Shown here: positions 56,143 through 64,000 of the stretch, piece by piece
Layout of the letters: the number at the start of each line of letters is the position of its first letter
Position numbering within the stretch: the first letter of the stretch is position 1
Source: an uncultured Acidobacteriota bacterium
Lineage (GTDB): Bacteria; Acidobacteriota; Thermoanaerobaculia; Multivoradales; DATKCC01
Reading direction: 5' to 3'
Assembly: GCA_963843755.1 (NCBI GenBank)
Contig: CAWJLS010000002.1
Span: 193,279 to 257,278, forward strand
DNA: 64,000 bases
Program-made: the position numbers and the translations under genes
Notes under the pieces: generated by a model
Database searches by the model: none
What the model was told of the DNA's origin: nothing
Seen by the model: the letters and a program-made list of their open reading frames with translations, nothing else

Positions 56143-58103
56143 GCCGAAGCTCCGTGCACGACGTCGACTGGATCTCGCGAATCGGCCGGGCGCTGCGCCC
56201 GGCGCATGCGCTGATCGTGGTGCCCCCCTTCTCGCGGCTGATCTTCCCCTCGCTCGGCGCGCACCTGCTCCAGGCGTGCGCCCGTGAGCGGGGTTTCGAC
56301 GTGCAGGTGCTCTACGCGAGCGCCGTGCTCGGTGGCATGCTGGGCGAGGACGCCTACCAGCGCATCGCGGAGGAGACCCTCTCGGTGATGCTCGGCGAGC
56401 GCTTCTTCGCGCGGCTCGCCCACGGCCTGCCGCCGCTCGGGCAGGTCTCGGACGGCCGGATCCTCACCCTGGAGCGCGACCTCGGGCCGGAGAAGGCGGC
56501 GCGCATCGACGTCGAGCTCGATGCCCGGCTCGCGATCGATCTCGAGGAGGTGCGCCGGCTGGAGGCCGAGCACGCGGACGCATGGCTCGAGGCGGTCACC
56601 GAGGCGATCCTCGCCTCCGGCTACCCGATCGTCGGCTGCACCTCGATGTTCCAGCAGACCGGCGCCGCGGTCGCCATCCTGCGGCGCCTCAAGGAGCGGC
56701 GCCCGGGCATTGTCACTCTGCTCGGGGGCGCCAACTGCGAGGGCGAGATGGCCGAGGGCGTGGTGAGCCTCGGGGCACCGATCGACCACGTCTTCTCCGG
56801 CGAGAGCGAGGAGACCTTCCCGGCCTTCCTGGCGGCGGCCGTCGCCGGCCGTCGGCCCGCGGCGCAAATCGTCCGCGGCACGCCGCTCACCGCGATGGAC
56901 ACGCTGCCGACGCCGGACTTCGAGGACTACTTCACCCAGCTCGACGCTTTCCTGGACGGCCGCGTAGCGCCGGAGCGCACGTGGGTGATGTACGAGACCA
57001 GCCGCGGTTGCTGGTGGGGGCAGAAGCAGCACTGTACCTTCTGCGGGCTCAACGGCCAGGGGATGACCTTTCGGCGCAAGTCCCCGCGGCGCGTGCTCGC
57101 CGAGCTGCGCGAGATCGGCGCGCGCTACTCCATCCGCAACGTCATGATGACCGACAACATCATGCCGTTCGACTATTTCAAGAGCCTGCTGCCGGCGCTC
57201 GCCGAGGAGGGCCTGGACCTGAACCTCTTCTACGAGCAGAAGGCGAACCTGAGCCTCGAGAAGGTCGTGGCGCTGGCGGCGGCCGGCATCCACTCGATCC
57301 AGCCCGGCATCGAAGCCCTCTCGACCCGGCTGCTCCGGCGCATGCGCAAGGGGGTCTCGGCCTACCAGAACCTCCAGCTCTTGCGCTACGGCCGCGCCGT
57401 CGGCACCTATCTTTCCTGGAACCTTCTCTGGGGCTTCCCCGGCGACGAGTTGGAGGCGTACACGGAGACCCTGGAGCTGTTGCCGCTGCTCTCGCACCTC
57501 CAGCCGCCCGGCGCGCTCGGCCACCTCGTCCTCGACCGCTTCAGCCCACACTTCTTCGACGCCGAGGCGTTCGGCATCGAGCGGGTCCGCCCGCTCGCCG
57601 CGTACGGCGACGTCTTCCCCGACGGCGCCGACCTCGCCCGGCTCGCTTACCACTTCGTGGGCGACTACGACTGCGGCGGCTACGCGGCGATCGACACGGT
57701 GCGTGCGCTGCGTGCCGCCGTCACCGCCTGGCAAGAGGGATGGGCGGCCGACCCGCGCCCCGACCTGCGGATCGGTCCATGGGATGACGGCTGGGCGCTG
57801 CTCGACACGCGCGGGCTGCCCGGCACCGAGGAGGTGCGCCTGCTCGACCGGGACGAGGCCGCCGCCCTCCTGGTCGCCCGGCCGGCCGACGGCCGTGACG
57901 GCGAGGACGAGGCTGTGGCGGCGAAGGTCGCCGTGCGCCTCGACGGCTGGCTCGTGCCTCTCGCGGTCGCCGAGCCGCAGGTGCTCCTCACCTTCGAGCG
58001 GGAGGCTCGCTCGGGCCGCGCGGGCGCTCAGCCCTCACCGCAGGCGCTGCACGGCGAGGAGCCCCAGCATCGACATCAGCACGAAGAGCCCCCAGGTTCC
58101 TAG
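56139..58103 (+). CDS. B12-binding radical SAM RiPP maturase (TIGR03975-like C-methyltransferase type)
   Basis: [21 protein letters not shown] signature. N-terminal B12-binding-like domain ([10 protein letters not shown]...LLGGANCEG). Confidence 0.85.
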   Translation: MSRSSVHDVDWISRIGRALRPAHALIVVPPFSRLIFPSLGAHLLQACARERGFDVQVLYASAVLGGMLGEDAYQRIAEETLSVMLGERFFARLAHGLPPLGQVSDGRILTLERDLGPEKAARIDVELDARLAIDLEEVRRLEAEHADAWLEAVTEAILASGYPIVGCTSMFQQTGAAVAILRRLKERRPGIVTLLGGANCEGEMAEGVVSLGAPIDHVFSGESEETFPAFLAAAVAGRRPAAQIVRGTPLTAMDTLPTPDFEDYFTQLDAFLDGRVAPERTWVMYETSRGCWWGQKQHCTFCGLNGQGMTFRRKSPRRVLAELREIGARYSIRNVMMTDNIMPFDYFKSLLPALAEEGLDLNLFYEQKANLSLEKVVALAAAGIHSIQPGIEALSTRLLRRMRKGVSAYQNLQLLRYGRAVGTYLSWNLLWGFPGDELEAYTETLELLPLLSHLQPPGALGHLVLDRFSPHFFDAEAFGIERVRPLAAYGDVFPDGADLARLAYHFVGDYDCGGYAAIDTVRALRAAVTAWQEGWAADPRPDLRIGPWDDGWALLDTRGLPGTEEVRLLDRDEAAALLVARPADGRDGEDEAVAAKVAVRLDGWLVPLAVAEPQVLLTFEREARSGRAGAQPSPQALHGEEPQHRHQHEEPPGS

Positions 58104-61100
58104 CGTGGGGATGGTTTGCACGGCTAGCGCCACGACGGTGGGCGCGGAGTCGTTCTCCGGGTCCCCGTTGCCGTCGGCATCCGGCGATGTACCGTCGGTC
58201 GACGCGTCGGACACCTGGGCGCCGGACGGAGCGAAGGCGCTCGCGGTGACCTGGTTCGAGAACGGGCCGACGCCTCCCGAGAGGTCGGTGATCCGCACTT
58301 CGATCGTCAGCTCGACCGTTTCGCCGACGGCCAGGGTCGAGCCCGGCGCGAACAGCTCCACGTCGGAGCTCCCGTCGTACGCCGGATTGACCGAGACCGT
58401 TCCCGGCCCGGCCACCACGGTCGGCCCCTGGGTCAGGGTGTAGCTCCCGCCGCCGAACACCGCGTCGAGGTCCTCGGGCATGGAAAGGTCGGAGAGGTCG
58501 ACGTTGCCGAAGTTCTGGACCCGGAAGTCGTAGACCACCTGGAAGCCGTCGATCGCGGCGCTCTTGGCCACGCCGAGCGAAGCGAACGCGTCGGAGAAGC
58601 CGAAGTCGGCGGTGGTGAGGTCCTCGCCGGCCGTCAGGGTGACGGCGAGGGGCTGGTTGTGGGTGGACAGCGCCAGGCCCGTCGGCACGGTGGTGGTGTC
58701 GACCCGCACGGTGTAGGAGCCGGCGGCGAGCCCGGTGAAGGTGTAGGCGCCGGTGCCGTCGGTGACCTGGGTCGGCTCCCCGCCGTCGGGCGTTCCGTTG
58801 CCGTTGGCGTCGAGGAAGACGGTCACGCCGGCCAGGCCGGGCTCGCCGGCATCGCGCACGCCGTCGCCGTCGAGGTCGTTCCAGACGAGATCGCCGAGCG
58901 ACCCCTGGAGCGCGATCGGCGAGGGGTCGTTTTCGCCCGCGCCGCTCGGATCGCCGTCACCGTTGGGGTCCGCGTCCACCCCGTCGTCCGAGAGGTCGGA
59001 CGCCGGCGTGTTGTCGGGGCTGGTGGCGCTGGCGAGTGCCTGGTTCAGGTAGACGCCCATCCCGTTTCCCTGATCGGTCACCGTGTCGACGCGCACGGCG
59101 AAGCGGATCTGGGCGGTGTCGCCGACCGCGAGCGTGCTGCCGGCAGGCGACAGGAGGTCGGTGTTGCCGGCGCTGCCGTCGAACCCGGCATTGAGCGTCA
59201 GGGTGCCCGGATCGGCGATCAACGCGGGCGGCGTGACGATCGTGTAGTTGCCGGCACCGAACACGCCGTCGAGGTCGTCGACCAGCGAAACCGCGTCGAG
59301 CGGCACGTTGCCGAACGCCTCGAGGTAGAGGTCGACGGTGACCGTCTTCCCGGTCACCGTCGCCGTCTTGGCGACGCCGAGGACCGGCTGCTGGGCCACG
59401 GTGAACAGCGTCGGGTCGTTCTCGCCCGCTTCGGTGGCGTCGCCGTTGCCGTTGGGGTCCGGGTTCGTGCCCGCGTCGGAGGCGTCGCTCAAGGCGCCCG
59501 AGGTGGCGGTGACCTGGTTGGAGTAGACCCCGAGGCCGCTGCCCGAGTCGATCAGCTTCGTCACGGCGACCTGGAGCTGGATGTGCTCGGTGTCGCCCAG
59601 GCCGAGGCCACCCGAGGCGACGAGATCGGTCTCGGAGCTGCCGTCGAAGCTCGGATTGACCACCAGGGCGCGCGGTGTCCCGATCAGGGTCGGGCCGCTC
59701 GTCACCGTGTAGTTGCCGGCCCCGAACACCGCGTCGAGGTCGTCGGGAAGGCTGACGTTCGCCAGCGTCGTGGTCCCCAGGTTCTCCACGTAGTAGTCGA
59801 AGGTCACCTGGTCGCCGTTGACGGTGGCCGCTTTCGCCGCGCCGATGGCGTTGTAGCCGACGCTGAACGTGGTCGGGTCGTCCTCGCCGGCATCGTTGGC
59901 GAATCCGTTACCGGTCGGGTCGGGGTCGGTGCCGTCGTCCGAGAGATCCATGGCGAGCGCACCGAGCGGAGTCGTGGCCGAAAGGACCACCTGGTTCGAG
60001 TAGTTACCGAACCCCGCCCCGCGGTCGACGACGTTGGTGACGTCGACGATGACGCGGATCTGGGCCGTCCCGCCCGCAGCCAGCGTGCTGCCCGCGCTCA
60101 AGATGGCAGTGTCCCCGCTACCGTCGAAGGAGCCATTGAGATTGAGAGTGCCCGGGTCGTCGATCAGCGTCGGTCCGGCGGTCAGGGTCCAGTTGCCGGC
60201 GCCGAAGACCGCGTCCAGATCCTCGGGCAAGAACAGGCTGTTCAGTGCATTGCCGCCCAAATTCTCCAGGTAGTAGTCGAAGGTCACCTGAGTGCCGCTG
60301 ACGGAGGCCGTCTTCGCCACGCCGGGGTTGCCTTCGTCACCGATGGTCATCACGGTCGGATCGTCCTCGCCGGCGTCGTCGGCGACCCCGTTGCCGTTGG
60401 GGTCCGGGTCGTAGCCGTCGTCAGAGACGTCGCTCACGGTGTTGCCGGCCGGATCGTCGGCCGTCACGGTGACCTGGTTGTGATAGATGCCGAACCCGTA
60501 CCCCACGTCGGAGACGGAGTTGACGTTGATCACCGTGCGGAAGCGTTCGGTTTCACCGGGCCTCAGGCTGCCTCCCAGGATGATCCTGGAAAAGATGTTG
60601 AAGCCGAAGTACTGCGGCGACAGGAGGAGAGTCCCCGGACCGGTCACCTGGAACGGTTGGGTCATGATGGAGTACTTGCCCGACCCGAAGACCGAGTTGA
60701 GCGGGTCGTCCATGAAGAAGTTGGTCAGGGTCACGTCGCCGAGGTTCTCGACGGTGAACTCGAAGGTCACCTGGGTGCCCTGCACCATGGCCTTCTTGGC
60801 GATCCCCACCGCCGGATGGCCTGCAATGGCAATGACCGTCGGATCGTCCTCCCCCGCGTCCCCCGGATTGCCGTTGCCGTTGGGGTCCGGATCGGTGCCG
60901 TCGTCTGATCGGTCCGTGAGCCGCACGAGATTCGCCTGCGTGCCGCCGGCCACGGCCTGGTTCGAGTAGACGCCGAAGCCGTTCCCCTGGTCGGACTCGG
61001 TGTCGACGCGGACGGCGAGCTCGATCTGCGCCGTGGCACCGCCGGCGAGGGTGCTCGAGGAATCCAGCAGATCGTCGTTCGCCGAGCCGTCGTAGGCGCC

Positions 61101-63875
61101 GTCGAGGGTCAGCGTGCCGGGGTCGGAGATCAGGCTCGGGGGCGTGATGATCGTGTAGTTGCCGGCGCCGAAGGTGGCGTCGAGATCCTCGACCAGGCTC
61201 ACGTTGCTCAGGGTGCCGGCGCCGAGGTTCTCCAGGTACAGATCGATGGTGACGTCGAAGTCGGAGATCGCCGCCTGCTTGGCGACCCCGATCGGACTGT
61301 CGACCGCGAGCGAGAACGTGGTCGGGTCGTTCTCGCCCGACTCGCCCGGGTTGCCGTTGCCGTTGGGGTCGGGATCGGTGCCGAAATCGGACAGGTCCGT
61401 GACCACGGCGCCGCCGCCCACCGCCTGGGCGGTCACCTGGTTCGAGTAGTTGCCGAGGCCCAGGCCGACGTTCTGCACGTCGTCGACGTCGACCACCCAG
61501 CGGACCTGGGCCGTGTCGCCCGGCGCGAGCGTGCTGGTGGACGGCACCAGGAGCTCGTTGTTGGCCGGTGTCCCGTCATAGCTCGGGTTCAGCGCCACGG
61601 TGCCCGGATCGTCGACGAAGAAGGGCGGGGTGGCCAGGGTGTAGGTGCCGGCGCCGAAGACCAGGTCGAGGTTGTCGACGAAACTGATCCCCGAGAGCGG
61701 CAGCGAGCCGAGATTTTCGAGGTAGACGTCGAAGGTGACCTGGTTGCCCGAGACGGAGACGTCCTTGGCGGCACCGATCGCCGCGGTGGCGTTGACGTCG
61801 ATCACCGTCGGCGACGACTCGCTCGGGTCGCCGTCCCCGTTGGGGTCCGGGTTGGCTCCGTCCACCGACAGGTCCGAAAGCTTCACGGCGGAAGGATCCT
61901 GTCCCTTGACGGTCACCTGATTGTGGTAGACGCCGATGCCGAAGCCCTGGTCGGTGATGTTGTTCACCCTCTCCTGGGTCTTGAACATCACGCTCTCCCC
62001 GGGATCGAGGTAGCTGCCTGCGTTCAGGAGATCCGGGTTGGTGTTGCCGTTGAAGGCCGCGTTGTAGTTGAGCGTCGTCGCGCCGGCGACTCTCGTGGGA
62101 TCGATCTGGTGGGAGAAGTTGCCGGCGCCGAAGACGGCGTTCAGGTCGTCGGAGATCTCGATGTTCGAAATGCGCTGGTTGCCGTAGTTGACCAGGGTGA
62201 AATGGAGCTCGATCTGGGGGTTGGTTCCGCCGAGATTGACGTACTGCTTGGAGATGCCGATCGAGGCGATGGGCGGCACCGTAAACAGCGTCGGGTCGTC
62301 CTCGCCGGCGTCGGCCGGGTCGCCGTTGCCGTTGGGGTCGGGATCGGTGCCGTCGTCGGAGAGGTCCAGCGCCAGGCCGCCGCTCGGCGCCACGCCGCGT
62401 GCCGCCACCTGGTTCGAGTACGACCCCAGGCCGAGGCCGCGATCGGTCACCTCGATCACGTGCACGTCGAACTGAAGGTGGGCCGTATCCCCCGCGGCCA
62501 GGCTGCTCGTGGCCGGGTCCAGGAGCTCACGGTCGGTCTTGCCATCGTAGCCGGGGTTGAGGGTGAGCGTGCCGGGGTCGTCGATGAGCGTCGGGGCCGA
62601 GTCGACGACGAACTTTCCGGAGCCGAAGACGGTGTCGAGCTCGTCGGTGAGCGAGATGTCGTCCAGCGCGACGTTGCCGAGGTTCTCGAGGTACACGTCG
62701 AACGTGACCGTGCTCCCCGAGATCGTGGCCGTCTTCGCGACGCCGAGCGACGGTTGCTCCCCGATGGCGATCACCGTCGGGTCGTTCTCCCCGGCCTCGC
62801 CGGGATTGCCGTCGCCGTTGGGGTCCGGGTTCGTCCCGTCGTCCGAGAGGTCGCTGACCGTCGTCCCGTTCGGCGCCTCACCGCCCGCCGTCGCCTGGTT
62901 GGAGTACACGCCCAGCCCCAGTCCCTGGTCGGTGACGTTGGTGACGCCGACCACCAGGTGAATCGCCGCGGTGTCGCCCAGGGCGAGCGTTCCGCTGGCG
63001 ATCAGACCGGTCTGGGCGCTGCCGTCGAACCCCCCGTTGAGGGTCAGGGTCCCGGGGTCGTCGACGAAGGACGGCGGGCTGGTGATCGAGTAGTTGCCGG
63101 CGCCGAACGTGGCGTCGAGATCGTCGGCCAGCGAAACGTTGGACAGGTCGACGTTGCCGTAGGTCTGGAGGTAGAAGTCGAGGGTGACCTGGTTCCCCGA
63201 GACATGCGCCCGCTTGGCCACACCGATCTGCGGGTTCTCGAGGATGGCGATGATCGTCGGGTCGTCCTCGCCGGCGTCGGCCGGGTCGCCGTTGCCGTTG
63301 GGGTCGGGATCGGTGCCGTCGTCGGAGAGGTCGCTGGTCGGAGTGCCCATCGCGTCCTCGCCGCTGGCGGTCACCTGGTTGCTGTAGGTGCCGACCCCCA
63401 TCCCCAGGTCGGCGAGGGCGGTGATCTGGACCGCCATCGAGACCGTGGCAGAGGTCCCCACGGCCAGGGAGCCGGAGGAGAAGAGCTCCGTGTCGCTGCT
63501 GCCGTCGAAGGACGGGTTGAGCGTCAGCGTGCCCGGAGTCGCGTCGAAGGCCGGTGCGGAGGTGACCGTGTAGTTGCCGGCTCCGAACGCCGCGTCGAGG
63601 TTCTCGACCAGGCTCACGTTGACGAGGGCCTCGTCCCCGAGATTCTCGACCACGAAGCGCAGCGTCACGTCGCGCCCGAGATGGGACTCGCTCTTCGCCA
63701 CGCCGATCACCGCGCCCGTACCCTGGGCCGCGGCCGGTGAGGCGAGCAAGGCCGCGGCGAGGGCGACCCAGGCCATGGCCACCAGGCTCTTCGCGGTGAG
63801 CCGGGTGAAGGGACCACAGTGCCCCATCGCCGACGAGGGAACCTGCCTGCCGGACATCGGAAAGCTCATCATCAA
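58035..63875 (-). CDS. Giant secreted repeat protein (11 DUF11-like repeats, one SdrD-B-like domain, IPTL-CTERM sorting signal)
   Basis: Signal peptide ([20 protein letters not shown]). About 190-aa units, each ending in [45 protein letters not shown]-terminal [25 protein letters not shown]. The exact start Met is uncertain. Confidence 0.85.
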   Translation of the reverse strand: MMMSFPMSGRQVPSSAMGHCGPFTRLTAKSLVAMAWVALAAALLASPAAAQGTGAVIGVAKSESHLGRDVTLRFVVENLGDEALVNVSLVENLDAAFGAGNYTVTSAPAFDATPGTLTLNPSFDGSSDTELFSSGSLAVGTSATVSMAVQITALADLGMGVGTYSNQVTASGEDAMGTPTSDLSDDGTDPDPNGNGDPADAGEDDPTIIAILENPQIGVAKRAHVSGNQVTLDFYLQTYGNVDLSNVSLADDLDATFGAGNYSITSPPSFVDDPGTLTLNGGFDGSAQTGLIASGTLALGDTAAIHLVVGVTNVTDQGLGLGVYSNQATAGGEAPNGTTVSDLSDDGTNPDPNGDGNPGEAGENDPTVIAIGEQPSLGVAKTATISGSTVTFDVYLENLGNVALDDISLTDELDTVFGSGKFVVDSAPTLIDDPGTLTLNPGYDGKTDRELLDPATSSLAAGDTAHLQFDVHVIEVTDRGLGLGSYSNQVAARGVAPSGGLALDLSDDGTDPDPNGNGDPADAGEDDPTLFTVPPIASIGISKQYVNLGGTNPQIELHFTLVNYGNQRISNIEISDDLNAVFGAGNFSHQIDPTRVAGATTLNYNAAFNGNTNPDLLNAGSYLDPGESVMFKTQERVNNITDQGFGIGVYHNQVTVKGQDPSAVKLSDLSVDGANPDPNGDGDPSESSPTVIDVNATAAIGAAKDVSVSGNQVTFDVYLENLGSLPLSGISFVDNLDLVFGAGTYTLATPPFFVDDPGTVALNPSYDGTPANNELLVPSTSTLAPGDTAQVRWVVDVDDVQNVGLGLGNYSNQVTAQAVGGGAVVTDLSDFGTDPDPNGNGNPGESGENDPTTFSLAVDSPIGVAKQAAISDFDVTIDLYLENLGAGTLSNVSLVEDLDATFGAGNYTIITPPSLISDPGTLTLDGAYDGSANDDLLDSSSTLAGGATAQIELAVRVDTESDQGNGFGVYSNQAVAGGTQANLVRLTDRSDDGTDPDPNGNGNPGDAGEDDPTVIAIAGHPAVGIAKKAMVQGTQVTFEFTVENLGDVTLTNFFMDDPLNSVFGSGKYSIMTQPFQVTGPGTLLLSPQYFGFNIFSRIILGGSLRPGETERFRTVINVNSVSDVGYGFGIYHNQVTVTADDPAGNTVSDVSDDGYDPDPNGNGVADDAGEDDPTVMTIGDEGNPGVAKTASVSGTQVTFDYYLENLGGNALNSLFLPEDLDAVFGAGNWTLTAGPTLIDDPGTLNLNGSFDGSGDTAILSAGSTLAAGGTAQIRVIVDVTNVVDRGAGFGNYSNQVVLSATTPLGALAMDLSDDGTDPDPTGNGFANDAGEDDPTTFSVGYNAIGAAKAATVNGDQVTFDYYVENLGTTTLANVSLPDDLDAVFGAGNYTVTSGPTLIGTPRALVVNPSFDGSSETDLVASGGLGLGDTEHIQLQVAVTKLIDSGSGLGVYSNQVTATSGALSDASDAGTNPDPNGNGDATEAGENDPTLFTVAQQPVLGVAKTATVTGKTVTVDLYLEAFGNVPLDAVSLVDDLDGVFGAGNYTIVTPPALIADPGTLTLNAGFDGSAGNTDLLSPAGSTLAVGDTAQIRFAVRVDTVTDQGNGMGVYLNQALASATSPDNTPASDLSDDGVDADPNGDGDPSGAGENDPSPIALQGSLGDLVWNDLDGDGVRDAGEPGLAGVTVFLDANGNGTPDGGEPTQVTDGTGAYTFTGLAAGSYTVRVDTTTVPTGLALSTHNQPLAVTLTAGEDLTTADFGFSDAFASLGVAKSAAIDGFQVVYDFRVQNFGNVDLSDLSMPEDLDAVFGGGSYTLTQGPTVVAGPGTVSVNPAYDGSSDVELFAPGSTLAVGETVELTIEVRITDLSGGVGPFSNQVTASAFAPSGAQVSDASTDGTSPDADGNGDPENDSAPTVVALAVQTIPTLGTWGLFVLMSMLGLLAVQRLR

Positions 63876-64000
63876 AGACTCCGAGAAATCTGTCGAGAAA
63901 TCAGAAGAAGGCAGTGGCTCTTGTCGGCGCTCCGCCCCGCATCACTGCGGGCACGCCTGCAGGAGACCTCCGATGCCCAGGCTCCTGACAGGTGACCCGC

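Noticed and set aside
58035-63875. Regularly spaced nucleotide repeats that might suggest a CRISPR array or satellite
   Set aside because: The repeats are about 570-bp coding units of one long ORF with conserved protein motifs. They show no short-repeat/unique-spacer architecture, and no cas genes are present in the window.

Overview
High-GC bacterial chromosomal window; spot counts on single 60-nt lines give over 70% G+C in core genes. I saw no rRNA, tRNA or CRISPR array by eye. Positions 1-17.4 kb look like housekeeping DNA: xseAB, an APC permease, an M1 peptidase, a Ser/Thr kinase converging on an ECF sigma factor, a fadJ-like gene and a di-haem DUF1111 protein. Positions 17.4-51.1 kb form a mosaic, visibly lower-GC accessory or defence-type island. 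It holds many toxin-antitoxin modules (MazEF, Phd/VapC, VapBC, PIN, SymE-like), a Uma2 nuclease and a frameshifted DUF433 gene. It also holds a low-GC cassette (secreted coiled-coil protein plus trypsin-like protease) bracketed by 448-bp direct repeats. A SIR2-TPR gene is split cleanly by a 3,660-bp TniAB/Mu-type transposon with TG..CA ends, 25-bp IRs and a 5-bp TSD (CGGCG). IS1634- and IS1182-family elements and a TcmP/DUF5131 pair are present too. The most interesting candidate is a translationally coupled operon: 265-aa hypothetical, GHKL/MORC-like ATPase, then a DruA-like DUF4338 protein. It faces a divergent sigma-like gene plus a second, paralogous GHKL ATPase, and no other Druantia genes are in the window. 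Positions 51.2-58.1 kb hold a candidate RiPP cluster: two unlisted small peptide genes sharing a C-terminal KLLxI..R motif, an HExxH protein, an FxsB-like radical SAM/SPASM enzyme, an arginase-fold-like protein, a GT9 glycosyltransferase and a B12 radical SAM enzyme. Positions 58.0-63.9 kb encode a 1,946-aa IPTL-CTERM repeat protein. All family calls rest on motifs read by eye, and no database search was run.
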